From NCBI GenBank assembly GCA_002269645.1, contig NIVC01001319.1, forward strand, positions 1 through 64,000: 64,000 bases of DNA, given 5' to 3'. The first letter of the stretch is position 1. Each line of letters opens with the position of its first letter. The notes below the pieces were generated by a model that made no database searches, had not been told where the DNA came from, and saw only the letters and a program-made list of their open reading frames with translations. The position numbers and the translations under genes are program-made. This stretch comes from Macrostomum lignano. Taxonomy: Eukaryota. Below are positions 47,930-63,281 of the stretch, piece by piece.

Positions 47930-48111
47930 GGTCAACAATCGCTTAATCCTTTTCTCGGCTGTTCCGGTTCAAATGTTTTTGACAGAGTCTTCTTTAACTT
48001 AATCTTTTTACCGTTTACGGCTTCTCTTGCGTCGTTTGAAGTCGTTTTAGTATAAATAAAGGTCAGGTGCTCCGTAAATAACATAGTTAGGATCAATGTA
48101 GGTAGGTACCT

Positions 48112-48640
48112 TTGGGTCACAGTTGATCACTTTGAGTCATAGTTGATCACTTGGGATCATGGTTAATCTCTTTGGGTCATAGTTGATCACTTGGGGTCAT
48201 AGTTGACCACTTTGGGTCATATTTAATCAACCTGGGTCATAATTGACCACCCTTGGTCATAGTTGATCACTTTGAGTCATAGTTGATCACTTAAGGTCAT
48301 AATTGATCACTTTGGGTTATAGTAGATCAGTTGGATCATAGTATATCACTTTGGGTCATAGTAGATCATTTGGATCATAGTATATCACTTTGGGTCATAG
48401 CAGATCATTTGGATCATAGTTGATCACTTTGGGTCATAGTAGATCAGTTGGATCATAGTATATCACTTTGGGTCATAGTAGATCATTTGGGTCATAGTTG
48501 ATCACTTTGGGTCATAGTTGATCACTTTGGATCATAGTTGATCACTTTGGGTCATAGTTGATCACTTTGGATCATAGTTGATCACTTTGGGTCATAGTTG
48601 ATCACTTTGGGTCATAGTTGATCACTTTGGATCATAGTTA
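48112..48640. repeat. 20-bp minisatellite GATCACTTTGGGTCATAGTT
   Basis: Direct repetition downstream of the NR stop codon. Confidence 0.93.
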
Positions 48641-49984
48641 AAACAGTTTATTGGTTGGGTTCATTCAAGGTCATACCCCGAATTTTGTCGTGCGACGCAG
48701 TTTGAAAGTCACAGTTGAGTAGTGCAGCCGCATTCTAGTCACTGAAGTTATTGCTAATTTTTGCTGCATGCTCTAAAGTGCATTAATTTAATTTTTGTGT
48801 GTTGTATTTTTGCTGTATTGACTTCTCAATGTGTACTTTTACTACAGCTAGCAGCAGGCGCACTTTTTCTAGCGCACACCATGGCCGAACCTCCCGCTTG
48901 CCGCCAGGAACAAAATATTTCTGTAAATGTTTTCAAATTATTCATTGTTAGTCCCTCCGTATTACTTAGAGTAGTGTGTAGTACTTGTGTATAATTTTTG
49001 TTGTTTTTATTGCTTTTGTCGGGCTGCAGATTTGCGATTCCTCTGTCTTTTCTGTCCGGCAGACCCTGTAGAAAGCTTTAAGTAGTATATTGAAAATTGA
49101 AATTGTCTGTGTGAAATAATTGCTTTAATATTCTTCATCTCCAGCTTCCACAGCCTCCCGCTGTCAGTCTGTCCTTTTATAATTCAACTCAGCTGCTGCT
49201 CCTGGCTTTCTTCTTTTTCTGTTTACATTTTTTCTTATTTCTAACTTTTCCGAGTGCAATGCGCGTAGCATACTACTGCAGATTACAATCCTCGTTTTTA
49301 CATACATCACCTTTTCCTCTACACTCGCAACTGCCGCCTCGATCAGTAGTCAGATGCGGTTATTGCTAGCTTATTTTATCAGCTCTCTGACTTATCTCGG
49401 CTATGTGTTTTTATTCAGTTCAACTGTAGCTACTACTGACGAGAGTAGGGCATTCGCGTGTTCAACCGCATGCGAACAACTGATGGACCATTGCTCTGCG
49501 TTTTTTTAATATAAAAATTTTATTGCTTTTCGCTTTTTTTAGCTTCTGCTTCTTCTTTTAGTTTGCTGTGCGTGTCTCGCAGCGCTGAGTTCAATTTGGC
49601 AGCTACCATAACTATTGGTGTCTCTTGCTGTAGCCTCCTCTACCCGCTTGTTTTTTAATTTATAATATTTCTGCATCTATATATTCACACGCCATACTAC
49701 TGATATAGTAGTAGCATACGTCTGCATGCAATCGGCTTGATAATCTTGTGCAATTTCACTTCCTAATTATTATTATATAAACATTTTTTGAATTCGTTCT
49801 TGCGTTTACATATTTAACTAACTATATAGCAACTGTTGTGTTGTACAAAATTATTAATATAAATATGCGATTATAAAATATTCAATTATTGCATATGCAC
49901 TGACCTGTTTCTAATGCGAAACTTTCATTGGCTTGTCTCTAACACTTTGGATTCGTCTTTTGAGCGCAGCTTTATTTTGTTTCT

Positions 49985-50440
49985 TAGGTGGGTGAGATCA
50001 GATATTGTGTTGAGAGTGAGATTAGAGATTGTGTTGAGGGTGAGATCAGAGATTGTGTTGAGGGTGAGATCAGAGATTGTGTTGAGGGTGAGATCAGAGA
50101 TTGTGTTGATGGTGAGATTAAAGATTGTGTTGAGGGTGAGATTAGACATCGTGTTTGAGGGTGAGATCAGAGATTGTGTTGAGGGTGAGATCAGAGATTG
50201 TGTTGAGGGTGAGATTCAAGATTGTGTTGAGGGTGAGATTAGAGATTGTGTTGAGAGTGAGATTAGACATCGTGTTTGAGGGTGAGATCAGAGATTGTGT
50301 TGAGGGTGAGATTCAAGATTGTGTTGAGGGTGAGATCAGAGATTGTGTTGAGGGTGAGATTAAAGATTGTGTTGAGGGTGAGATTAGAGATTGTGTTGAG
50401 GGTGAGAATAGACATCGTGTTTGAGGGTGAGATCAGAGAT
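49985..50440. repeat. 24-bp minisatellite GAGGGTGAGATCAGAGATTGTGTT
   Basis: Direct repetition. Confidence 0.95.
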
Positions 50441-51281
50441 TCGACACTGGTACATCCACATGCCTCACACAGAAAGATCAGAGAGGACATGCGCATTGTC
50501 TAGTCCAGAATGTCCAGTTGGCTGCTGCAGCCTCGCGCAGTTGTCGCACTGACAGCAGCCGCTATATGGGAATCGGCTTCCATGTACAAACCGCCACCAA
50601 CTGCCACAGACGCGCTGCATGCGGTTACCTGACCTGTCATTCCAAGTTGGCGCGCTGTTCAACTTGAAAGATTACGTAATAAGCAACTGCGCCGTTGCAC
50701 GCAACCTCAACAATGCCCAAATGAGGGCTTGGCCTGATCTTACTGTCTGCCTGCCCCAGTTTAGTGGTTCCACCGTTCCGCTTGACTGGTAATTACCGCG
50801 CGGGCTCCTGGATTGGCCAAATTGGGCAATTATTGTATTTCTTTAACTAACAATGCCTTCTTGTATAGTTCGTTTTAGACTGTAATTGCTTCAACTCCAG
50901 GCAGTCTCTGCGGTTGCTACTCGGTTTTTATTGTGCACTGGCCCGTGAGGCAGTTCGCTTCCAACTCCATGCGCAGTTTCGAACGAATAAATTGCCAGCT
51001 GAGAAACAAATTTGAAGTTTTGTTAAACTGGCTGATTACATGGCATCTTGGTTTGAATGTTTGGCTTAGCAGGAAAGCACCGCTGCGGCACTGACTGCCA
51101 AGTTGAAGTTTGTGGAGCGAAAAATCACATTTCCGATAAATAACAATGATTTAGCTAACAATTAGAATGCGAAATTAAAATTAAAAAAACTGAAATTTCT
51201 GAAAATGCAAAGAAACACCACCAAATCTATCAGCAAAAAAAGCCAAAAATCGTAATAAAATTTGACCTGATAGTTAGGCAT

Positions 51282-52382
51282 GGCTGGCACCCCAATCAAA
51301 GCATCGCTGACACCCCAATCAAAGCATGGCTGACACCCCAATTAAAGCATGGCTGACACCTCCAATCAAAGCATGGCTGACACCCCAATTAAAGCATGGC
51401 TGACACCTCCAATCAAAGCATGGCTGGCACTCCAATCAAAGCATCGCTGACACCCCAATCAAAGCATGGCTGACACCCCAATTAAAGCATGGCTGACACC
51501 TCAATTAAAGCGTAGCTGACACTGCAATTAAAGCATGGCTGACACCTCAATTAAAGCGTAGCTGACACCCCAATTAAAGCGTAGCTGACACCCCAATTAA
51601 AGCGTAGCTGACACCCCAATTAAAGCATCGCTGGCACCTCAATTAAAGCATGGCTGACACCCCAATTAAAGCGTGGCTGTCACCCCAATTAAAGCGTGGC
51701 TGACACCCCAATTAAAGCATGGCTGACACCTCCAATCAAAGCATGGCTGGCACTCCAATCAAAGCATCGCTGACACCCCAATCAAAGCATGGCTGACACC
51801 CCAATTAAAGCATGGCTGACACCTCAATTAAAGCGTAGCTGACACCGCAATTAAAGCATGGCTGACACCTCAATTAAAGCGTAGCTGACACCCCAATTAA
51901 AGCGTAGCTGACACCCCAATTAAAGCGTAGCTGACACCCCAATTAAAGCATCGCTGGCACCTCAATTAAAGCATGGCTGACACCCCAATTAAAGCGTGGC
52001 TGACACCCCAATTTAAGCATTGCTGACACCCCAATTTAAGCATTGCTGGCACCTCAATTAAAGCATCGCAGATTGCTGGACAATCAATCGCTGGCACCCC
52101 AAATAAAGCATGGCTGGCACCCCAATTAACCCATGGCTGACACCTCCAATTAAAGCGTGGCTGACACCCCAATTAAAGCATGGCTGGCACCTCCAATTAA
52201 AGCGTGGCTGACACCTCAATTAACCCATGGCTGACACCTCCAATTAAAGCGTGGCTGACACCTCAATTAACCCATGGCTGACACCTCCAATTAAAGCGTG
52301 GCTGACATTCCAATTAAAGCATGGCTGACACCCCAATTAAAGCATCGCTGACACCCCAATCAAAGCATCGCTGACACCCCAG
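51282..52382. repeat. 23-bp minisatellite AATTAAAGCATGGCTGACACCCC
   Basis: ~47 copies. Confidence 0.96.
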
Positions 52383-54202
52383 CTACATGGCAGGCATGAA
52401 TCATCAATTATAACCAGCGATGCAAGCGCTTGCCTCTCAACTGAGTCTCCCATACCAGAAAACTGACCCTAATGACAGAATTTTTTGTCCAGTGCAGCAG
52501 CTCAACGGCAGGGCGTGTCAGCAGCTTCACTACTGCTCCCTCTCACCCGCCTGCTCGACATCTTAGGTGAGAATTTGCCGAGCGCCACTGCTGCTGCTCT
52601 TGTTAATTTCTTGCTAAAAGCGTAAAAAACAGCCTCATGCTTTAATTTTTTGTCTCACTCTCTTCTTTTTCTCCTCTTCTAGAAGAAGACAATTAAAAAA
52701 TTCCAGATGCTAGAGAGCCACAAGCCACTAGTTGACAAGGCCTCAACCTACCAGAGCCTCAACATTGTTTGCAATGGGCCACAGGCATGTTACACACTGT
52801 GCGGCACACAGCCTGGAGACTCGCTCCGCAGTGTCTCAGCTCGCACGCTGAGCTCACAACATTAATAAAAAAGCGATAATACTAAGCTGAGTACTTGAGC
52901 GCAGAGACGCAGACCCTCGGTGTTGGGGGAGGCTGGGGTGGCACTCCGGCCGCCAGTTCATAATAATTCATGCATTTTCCTGTCCTACAGGGCTGGCTGT
53001 GTGCGGGCTCGCCGAAACTGAATGAGGGCTGCATGAGGTTATCTGTCTCTGTTTAGGGCACTGGGCGAGAGTTCGGGCGGTTGGCTAAAGAGCGCCTTTT
53101 GTGTGGCCATAAAATTTTCTCACGATTTGAGCAGAAAATTTGAGTTGCAAATCCGACTTGAATGCCTGGCAGGCTTTTCAAACGGCTGCGTAGGCCTCGG
53201 GGTGTTGCAGGTTGTCTGATGGGGCTTAGAAGCTGCAGCGCCAGTGTGGCCTGAAAAATGCCGCCTAAAGGGAGCCTCAAAACCAGTTTAACAGCAATCG
53301 GAGTTGCAGTTCATGCGGTGCAAATTCAAAATTAATTTCATTGCGAACGGCCACTTTAAATTATCTGGCCAGCCTTGCCCAGTTCGTTTTGCAGACAAGT
53401 GCAGGACTGCATCTCAGTAACCATGCTGAGAATTGGGGAGGCACTTTCGGCTACACTACAGCTAGTTCAGCTGCTGACCTACCGCCTCCACTCCCAGATC
53501 TTCAGTTGCTGGGCCAGCCTCCCAGATCTTCAGTTGCTGGGCCAGCCTCCCAGATCCTCAGTTGCTGGGCCACCGCAGCCCTCCCAGAACACATGTACAT
53601 GCATGTTGGCCCAGAAGTATCACAAGTTCAGCGCGACCGGCTGGCTCAGTTAGCCAGCTGATCAAGCGGGCAGCTCGAACTGATCCATCTGACCTCGGCA
53701 GGGGTCACACGCTCGGGTATGTAAGAGGCGAAACAGCCATCCGGAATTCTTGAAATAACTTCATAGTTTTTACTCTGCAAGTTTTGCTTTGCAAGAAACT
53801 GGCTGAATTAGCTGCTAAAGGTGTTCGGCATCGAATCCGTGTGTTGCTGCATGTCAGAACTGCTGCTTCTAGGAGGATAAAGCCTGGAGCCGCTCCCTGA
53901 CCTTTTCTTCATTCGAATCACGCGCAGGGGAACCTTTCTCCTCCCCTATACCGCCCACCCCAAACCCGATGAAATCCCAAATCCCACACTGGTCCGCTCC
54001 CGCTGCCGGACCCCCGCATAGACAGGCGCTCGCGGCTTCGCAATCGACTGACAAGAATCTGACACCGAGTCAGTTTTTAGCAAAATTCTCTGCATCAAGT
54101 AACTTGGTGGCGCCCCGGTACAGCTGATCCTGGGGTCAGTGAAACAGGACCCGATGCACCAATGCGGGGTCGCAGCGTGTCAGGGTGTCAAGCAAAAATA
54201 GG

Positions 54203-54655
<453 letters not shown>

Positions 54656-55829
54656 TCTAGTCAGTATTCTCCGCTCCTTGCATTCGTGGGATACATTTCA
54701 ATAACCAACTGAAACGAGGAGAATGTCTATGCAGAATCTCCGAGGCGAAGCCTTTCAGTAGGTTATTATACATAGATAGACAGATAGATAGATAGAAGGC
54801 TACAAAGGCTATAAAAAGTCTGCAGCCAGCGCTCCTAAAAGCAGACAAAAGCAGCAAAAGCCAGCCAGTCTGTCTGCCACTCCTCAGTAGCGCCAGCCTC
54901 TCTCCCTCACCGGATCCCCCACCTGCCGTCAATGTGGGCCGGACGGCCCCGTGGATCTGTCAGCGATCCCCGAAATTCATCCCCATTGTGGGATTTCCCG
55001 CGCCCCCCTCGGCACGCCAGCCCCGCATGTGTCGGAGCCACCAGCGCTGGCAGTGAATCGCTGAGTGGCCAGTGCTAATTCCAACGAATCCGCATATTCA
55101 TAATTAGGGCCCAACCAGCCGGCAGGCCAGCACTCCAGGCTAATGAGGCTCATTCCGCCTCGGACAAAACAATGGAGACACAATTTGGGAGATCAAGGGG
55201 GGGGGTGTGAAAAAGTAGAACTCTGGGAGCAGCTCTGCATTCGAGAGGCTGAAAACTGTCAGAATTCTGAAATTATTCTTTAGTTTTTAGAAACAAAACC
55301 CTCTTCATCACGGATTCTGTGCCGGAGAGAAGAGGCGGATTAGAGATTACTGAATGAATTGATGGCGTCACAGCCCCCCCCCCTTGTGAGTCTGGGGTGT
55401 CCGCCATTCTGTATGCTTTCAGCTTTTAGAACCGGCAGACAAGCGATGCATCATGCTTTCAGCTTTCTTATGTCCATGGCTTCAGAACGCAAATAGCATG
55501 TGGGGGTTTCTGCTCTGGTAGCCAAGATGGTTGCGTAATCAGCTGCAGTTTTCTTTCATCACTCTTCTCTTTCTTTCCTTCGCTTTCTCCTCCGATTGTC
55601 AGCCTTTCCGGATTGCGATGGCCGGCTTTTCGCCTTTTTAACTTGCAACAAAGATTGTTAGGCCCGCGTTTTGAAAAATCCACTGCACTGCCTGGCTTTG
55701 TGATTTCTGGGCCACCGCTGCGGTCTCTGGGCGCTGGAATAGCAACTGCAGCTCCCGGCCCCTGCCACTGGGCTTTGATCTCGCCGACCCCAAGCTGAAT
55801 GCAGTATTTTGATAAAGCTAAGATGTGGA

Positions 55830-56120
55830 CTCAGGATTGGGATCTCAGGATTGGGATCTCAGGATTGGGATCTCAGGATTGGGATCTCAGGATTGGGATC
55901 TCAAGATTGGGATCTCAGGATTGGGATCTCAGGATTGGAATCTCAGGATTGGGATCTCAGGATTGGAATCTCAAGATTGGGATCTCAGGATTGGGATCTC
56001 AGGATTGGAATCTCAGGATTGGGATCTGAAGAGTTGGGATCTGAAGAGTTGGGATCTCGGGATTGGGACTGGGATCTAAGGACTGGGATCTAAGGACTGG
56101 GATCTGAGGATTGGGATCTA
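55830..56120. repeat. 14-bp minisatellite GGGATCTCAGGATT
   Basis: Direct repetition. Confidence 0.95.
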
Positions 56121-56456
56121 GGGATTAAAACATAGCGATAGGGATCTTGACAAGTGCCTCAGAGCATTTAGGCTTTAGTCTTTCAACTTTTCACTGTGAA
56201 ATTTTCCACGAATGAATCAGGCAGGAAGCCTGGAGTGCCGCGCAGCCATTGATCAGCTTCAGAGAGGCTCAGTTGAGCACAGACTTCCCCAATCGGCTCA
56301 GTGCTGGCCGACAAGGGAATTTGATCGGTGCTCAAGTGCCACTCAAGAGTGTTGGACATGTCACGGTGAAGAGAGCAGGTGATCCATGATGTTCAAAAAT
56401 CTGCATGCAGCGGTTTTTAAAGAAAGCCTGAAAACAACTCTATGTCTATTGAAGGT

Positions 56457-56925
<469 letters not shown>

Positions 56926-57637
56926 TGCACAAGGCGAATGCAGCACCAGTTAGTGAGGGGTGAAGCTGCTGCATGTATCCGGAAAGCCGGCAGACACCCC
57001 AATAACCATAAGTCTTAGAAGTCCGGCAAGGAAGGCCATGCCGGGTGCGGCCGGGGTGCTTCGCCGCCCTCCCTCGAGGCGCCGCTGCGCGCCCCACTCC
57101 TCAGCTAATCAGCTAATGAGGCGCCGGCGCCCCAGTGAGAAAATCCCCGCCCTATTCTGGAGAATTTCTTCACGATAAGATCGGCAGTGGAGGCCCGAAG
57201 AAAGGGCGAAGCGGGGATAACAAGTCTGCTGCAAGCGAAGCAGTTTCTGACGGCCGTGGAAATTCCTCCTTGGCATGGCAGACTGGCAGCCATTGGCTGG
57301 CCAACCAGATGCCGGCTGCTCCCTGCAAAGACGCTGCCGTGTTTTTATGCCCAAGGAGCTGTTTGGCAACGCACAGCCAGACAGACAGGCAGGCAGGCAG
57401 GCAGGCCAGAGCTGCAGCTCCGAGCATGACATCGGATTCTTCGGGTCTACCGGTTGCGTAACCGGCCGCGCCAAACAAAGCAGATCGGTGCCGAGCTCGA
57501 GCCACAGAAAATCGGAGACGAGAGCAGACAGGCCTGTCAGACAGGGGCAGAGAGGGCGAGCAAAACCTCAACAGCTGAAGAGCTCAAGCAAACTCATTGT
57601 GCCGCGGAGTCTGCCCTGCCCCCAGCAACCCAACAAG

Positions 57638-57638
<1 letters not shown>

Positions 57639-57699
<61 letters not shown>
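57639..57699. repeat. (CT)n tract just upstream of the Ig gene start
   Basis: ~30 units, ~115 bp before the ATG at 57814. Confidence 0.95.
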
Positions 57700-57703
<4 letters not shown>

Positions 57704-57813
57704 GCAAACTCACTGCCATCGCGCGCGCACACTTATAAGTCGCGCTTATTCTGCCAGCAAGCCCGACCTGTGTAAACCCCGAGCAGTCCGCACCCGACTC
57801 GCGGCCGGAGGAC

Positions 57814-60800
57814 ATGCTGCCTCTCCTGCTAGCACTGCTCATCCTGGGCCCCCCGGCCTCCGCCCAGGTGAGCATCAGCGGCCAGTTCGACCCTGCCGGG
57901 GCCAAGCAGGCAGCCGGCCGCAGCGTCTCCTTCACCTGCCAGGTGACCAACAAGCAGCCGCTGCTGTCCGTCCGCCTGACCTGCCCGCTGGCCAAGGTCG
58001 GCACCATCTGCTTCGAGAACTGCAACCGCATCTGCGCCGACCCCAGCCTGTGCGCTGAGGAGCCGCGCCTGCTGCGGGTCACCTGCTCGAAGAGCAGCGC
58101 CGGCAGCGTGCAGACCTTCGCCTACCGGCTCGACATGCTGGACACCGGCTTCTCCGGCGACTGGGGGTGCAAGCACGTGACCTACGAGAGCACCCCGAGG
58201 AGCCTCACAGTCTACCCCAGCCCCTCCATCGACTCCCTGGACTTCACCGCCGCCACCGTCGTGGAGTCGCAGTCGACAGCCGCCCTGTGCGTCGCCCAGC
58301 CCACTGTGGGCAGCCTGCGGTTCTCCTGGACCCGGCGCGACGGCCTCAGCATCCCGCACTCCAGCTCCGGGCCCAACGCCACCGCCTCTCGCCTGACCAT
58401 CGCCAGCGCTCAGCGCACAGACGACGCCGTCTACGTGTGCACCGTCGAGAACGAAGTCGGCGTCAGCGCCAGCCGGGAGGCCGGCCTCACCGTCAACTAT
58501 CCGCCAAGCTCCGTGCGCCTGTCCAGCAGCCTGTCGTCGCCGCTGCAGGCCGGCGTCTCCGTGACCTTCGCCTGCCAGGTGGGCGGCGGCCGGCCGGAGC
58601 CGCTGCGCCGGTTCTACCGGGAGCGCCTCGGACAGTCGCGCGAGGAGCTGCCGGCGGCCACCGTCACTCTGGAGGCGGCCGACAACGCGGCGAAATTCTA
58701 CTGCAAAGCGGAGAGCGTCGGCATCATCGGCACGGAGGTCTGGAGCTCCCCGATCGCCTTTTCGGTCTCCTTTCCGCCCAGCGGCCTCGAGCTGCTGCAG
58801 CAGCCGCCGGGGCCGGCGACCGATGGCGGGCCGGCCAAGCAGTTCAGCTGCTCGGCCACCTCCAGCAGCAACCCGCCCAGCTCGGCCGCCTGGTACTCCA
58901 TCAGCCCGCTCGGCCTGCAGGAGCAAATCTCGGACAGCCGCGTGTCCGTCAGCCAGACAGACGGGCCGAACTCGGCCAAGCAGCTGCAGAGCCGGCTGGA
59001 CATCGCCGCCAGCCGCGACCTCAACGGCTTCAAATTCCGCTGCGTCCTGCTGTACAACTCGCGCGAGATCGGCCGCAAAGACGTCGCCCTGGAGGTGAAA
59101 TTTTTGCCGAGCAGCTCCGCGCTGACGGCCAGCCCGGCCGACGGGGTGCTGGAGAACACGGCGCTGACCCTGCTGTGCCGCGCCGGCTCCGCGAACCCGC
59201 CAGCCCGGGTGCACTGGTTCCGGCAGCCCCGCGGCGGCGCCAGCTCGGCCGAGAATGTCACCGTGCAGGCGGTGGCAACGACGGAGCCGGCGGAGAACCT
59301 CGGCACTGCAGTCAGCAGCCGCCTGCTCGTCACGCAGACCAGGCGGGCAGACAACGGCACGGTGTACACCTGCACCATCGTCTACGACAGCGCCGCAATC
59401 GGCGCCCTGTCCAAGTCGACCTCCGTGCTGGTGCTGTACCCGCCATCCGTCAACGTCACAGTGTCGCCCAGCTCGCCTCGCGAAGGCGACCCGGTGACGC
59501 TGAGCTGCCTGACAACCGGCGGGAGTCCCGACGGCAGCGGCGGCGGCTTCACCTTCGTATGGCGACATCGGAATGCCAGCGGCGTCTGGGCGACGCTCGC
59601 CAGCGCAATGTCGACTTTGAGCATCGCGTCGGCCAGCTCAGGAGACAACGGCGTCTACCAGTGCTCGGTGGGGTCCCGCGGCGGCTCCGCCACAGCCTCG
59701 GCCGCCCTTAACCTGACCTTCGCCCCGGCCGCCTGGCCGGGCACCCAGTTGGCCGTGTCTTCCCCACTCGGACAGCCGGCCGAGCTGCTCCTGCGGGTGA
59801 CGGCCAACCCGCCGCCCAGCGGGGCCGTCTGGCAGCGCCTCGGAGCCGATGGCACCAAGCAGGCGCTGAACCCGCGCCTGTCCACCGTCAGCAGCGCGGT
59901 AAACCTCACCTACCGCCTCGTCATCCCGGAGGTGACTTCGGCTGACTACGGCAATTACGTGTGCACCGTGGCCAACTCGGTCGGCACTCGCGACTTCACC
60001 TTCAGCTTGAACCGGCCGGGGCCGCCCGCCACCCCCAGCGGCCTGCAGGTGCTGAACACCACGGCGGTGTCCGCCAACCTGCGCTGGCGCAGTGAATTCA
60101 ACGGCGGCTTCGAGCAGACCTTCACGCTGCAGTGGCGGCCGCTCGGCAGCTCCGTGTGGAGCGTCGCCAACCAGAAGACCGGCCTGCGGGACCCCGGCTT
60201 CGGCCTGCCCGTCACCGAGACCGTCACCGCGCTGGAGTCGCAGGCCACCTACTATGCGCGAGTCCGAGCAGAGAACTTCTACGGCGGCGCGATCAACGTC
60301 AGCCCCTTCACCGACGAGGTGGCGCTGACCACCCGGAAGCTGCCGCTGATCCCGGACGCATCGGTGGCGGCCCAGGTGACCTCCGGGCAGCTGGAGATCC
60401 AGTTCACAGCGCCGATGTCGCCGCACTACACCGGGGTGTACGTGAAGCTGTGCAGCCCCGGCTGCGTCCTGCGACAGCTGCTGGAGTCGGAGGTCCGCTC
60501 AGGCCGCGCCAGCATCCTGCTGCCCGACCCGCAGGCGGCCTACAGCTTCTCCCTGCTGGTGCTGGACGGCCCGGTCACCGTCTACGAGACCCGCAGCTTC
60601 GACGCCCGGCTGAATGCCGCCGCGTCGACCACTCAGGCGAGCACCGCCAGCGCCGGCCTGTCCTTCGAGATCGTGCTGGGCATCTCCATCGGCAGCGCCG
60701 TGGTGGTGGCCATCCTGCTGGCCGCAGTCATCGTCACTGCCATCCTGCAGTGCCGTCGCGGCGGCGGCGACGGAGCCGGCGGCCCGGGCGTCGGCAAGTC

Positions 60801-61122
60801 GATGCGGTCGACCAACTCCAGCGACGTCACCAACGGATCGGGCGGTTCGCCGGCGGCCATCGCTGCGGGCCACCCGGTGTGCGGCCAGGCGGTGCAGCTG
60901 GGCTACCGCGCCAGCCTGTCCAGCGGGATGGCACCGCAGGACGGCTACTACTGCCCGCCGCCCCCGGCCCTGGGCTCCGACTGCGGCTGCGGCAACGGCG
61001 GCGTCTGCGGCGGCTACGGCTACGGCGGCGGCGGCGGCGGTGGAGGCTTCTCGCCGGGCTCCCGGATGTCGGCTCAGGAGACGCCGCTGCATCCATCGTA
61101 CTACTCATATCACCTGGCCGGG

Positions 61123-61163
<41 letters not shown>

Positions 61164-61659
61164 GCACCACATGTTGATGATGGCAGCTGCCGCCGCCGCC
61201 TCCCGCCAGCGACTCAACGGCACCAGCAACGGCTCCCTGAACAGCCAGCAGCCGCAGCAGCAGCACGGCAGGATGCTGACGCCTGACCTGGTCCAGTCGG
61301 AGACTCCGGCGGGCGCAACGGAGCTGATCAGATACAGCAGCCGCATCTCCTTGGCGAGCAGCCGCAGCGGCTTCAGCGTCATCCCGGCGACCTCCAGTGC
61401 GGCTGCGACGTCAACGCCAGCAGCAACTGGCGCTTCTTCGGCGCCGCCGGTCACTGGCGCCACCGCTGAGACGGCCTTCGCGTTCCCCAGCGGCGGCGGA
61501 GGTGGCGGCGGCGGCGGATTTCGCATCGTTGCCGGCAACGGCGGCCTGTCGGACATCGGCGCCGCTCTGCACAGCCTGCAGCAGCAGCCGACCTTCGTGG
61601 CGTCGCCGCTGACGCCGCACCTCGAGTCCAACATGGAGGCCATTGAGAACTACGTGTGA
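57814..61659 (+). CDS. Intronless Ig-superfamily adhesion protein, nephrin/echinoid/sidestep-like (1281 aa)
   Basis: Signal peptide; seven Ig-like domains (DDAVYVC, DNGTVYTC, DNGVYQC, DYGNYVC); FN3 (PGPPATP...LRWRSEFNGGFEQTF...YYARVRAEN); TM IVLGISIGSAVVVAILLAAVIVTAIL; G/Q/A-rich tail ending ENYV; strongly GC3-biased codons. Confidence 0.93.
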
Positions 61660-62334
61660 GCTGCCTAGAATCCAAAAAGGACTTCACTAGGAAGTTGTTA
61701 TACTTTGAGTATAAATTTTAAATATGTTTAGTAGAATAACTCTTTTCAGAGTGGAGACCAATTATCAATCAAATAAGTTTAAATTGGATAATAAAGTTTA
61801 ACAAAAAATCACTGCTCATTTTTCTTTGAAAACTTCAAGTTACTAGTTAGTTCCTAGAAATTATCATTTGAATTAATAAGGCCAATTTTGTTTAACTGGA
61901 CTCTCAAATCACCGACCGCAACTTTAATTTGCACAAATCATTTGCTCTTAACGTATTCGTGCACTGGCTTTGACTGCTAACTTTATAATTATAGAATTTT
62001 AATGTAGACTTTTAGCACCTGTCCATAAACTATCTCAAGCTCAGTCATTTCTTGCTCAGCTGTGAGATCCTCGCTGAATTGACCGTCTTATTTGCTTCAA
62101 CTTTAAAGCAATAATATTTGTTTTAACTGATGAAACGATATTTATTGAATCATTTTCAACCTCACGGCTTGCAATAAGTTTCATTGCTGACACTCTGCCC
62201 TGATTTTCTCGTGTTTTCGAAACTCCGGAACCTCTGTAAAAAATATAAAAATCATTAATTATATTGCTTCCTGTACACAAATCTTCGAGAATGACAACAC
62301 AATAAAATTGTTTTGTTTAATTGCTTTGTGGAGA

Positions 62335-62625
62335 GTAGAGGAGACGAGAGGAGAGGAGAGGAGATGAGAGAGAGGAGAGGAGAGGAGAGGAGAGGAGAGG
62401 AGAGGAGAGGAGAGGAGAGGAGAGAGAAGAGAGGAGAGATAAGAGAGGAGAGAGAAAAGAGAGGAGAGAGATAAGACAGGAGAGAGATAAAATAGGAATG
62501 ATAAGAGAGGAGAGATGAGATATGAGTGATAAGAGAGGAGAGATGAGATAGGAATGATAAGAGAGGAGAGATGAGATATGAGTGATAAGAGAGGAGAGAT
62601 GAGATAGGAATGATAAGAGAGGAGA
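62335..62625. repeat. Purine-rich (GAGAG)n grading into longer AG-rich units
   Basis: Direct reading. Confidence 0.9.
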
Positions 62626-63281
62626 AAAGACGAGAAGCCGGAGGCAGACGTTCGGAGATCTCTGAGCTCCGGTGGATCCGCAGCAGACAGCCACGGCAGC
62701 AGCAGGGCGCCAGCACACAGTCAGGAATGCATCAGGAAGTCCCTCGTGCCCGGGCCTCTCAGACAGCTGCATGGAGGGTTATAAAAGCTGTGGGTGCGCA
62801 GCTAAGAGGGTGCCGATAGATCACAGCTGAGGAATGCGCTCCGACCGGGGGATCGGGGCCTCAAGAAAAAAGTCTGGCTCTGATTCGGGCAGCGCAGCAA
62901 AGCGGAGCCGACTTGCATGTTCATTGTGAAAGTCGCACTTCCGCAAAATACAAGCGGGCAGTGGCTGCACCCGGCCGGCTGTGACTAATCACTGGCAGAC
63001 TCGGGCCTGACCTTCGTGTCCTGAAGCCGCTGCATGGTGGGCGTTTCAGCGCTGGCCGTGATGCTGTTTTGCTCCACTTAGCTGCAAGACTGCTTTTACA
63101 AGCCACTCTGAAGGGCAATCAGAATTGGAATGCGCTGAAAAATAAAAAATGAACAACAAAAACTTGTTGGCTAACTTTTTGTGTGCATCGCTTGCATCGG
63201 CTGTACAGCGTCGTCCTGAGTTCGATTTTAGCTTGACTGTTTAAAGTTTGAGTAGTTCAGCTAAAAGTGACCCACAGAACT

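Noticed and set aside
57829-61643. Long antisense and alternate-frame ORFs (579, 514, 384 aa, etc.)
   Set aside because: Shadows of the very GC3-rich Ig-gene codons; the same applies over the NR, 4E-BP and TMED10 exons
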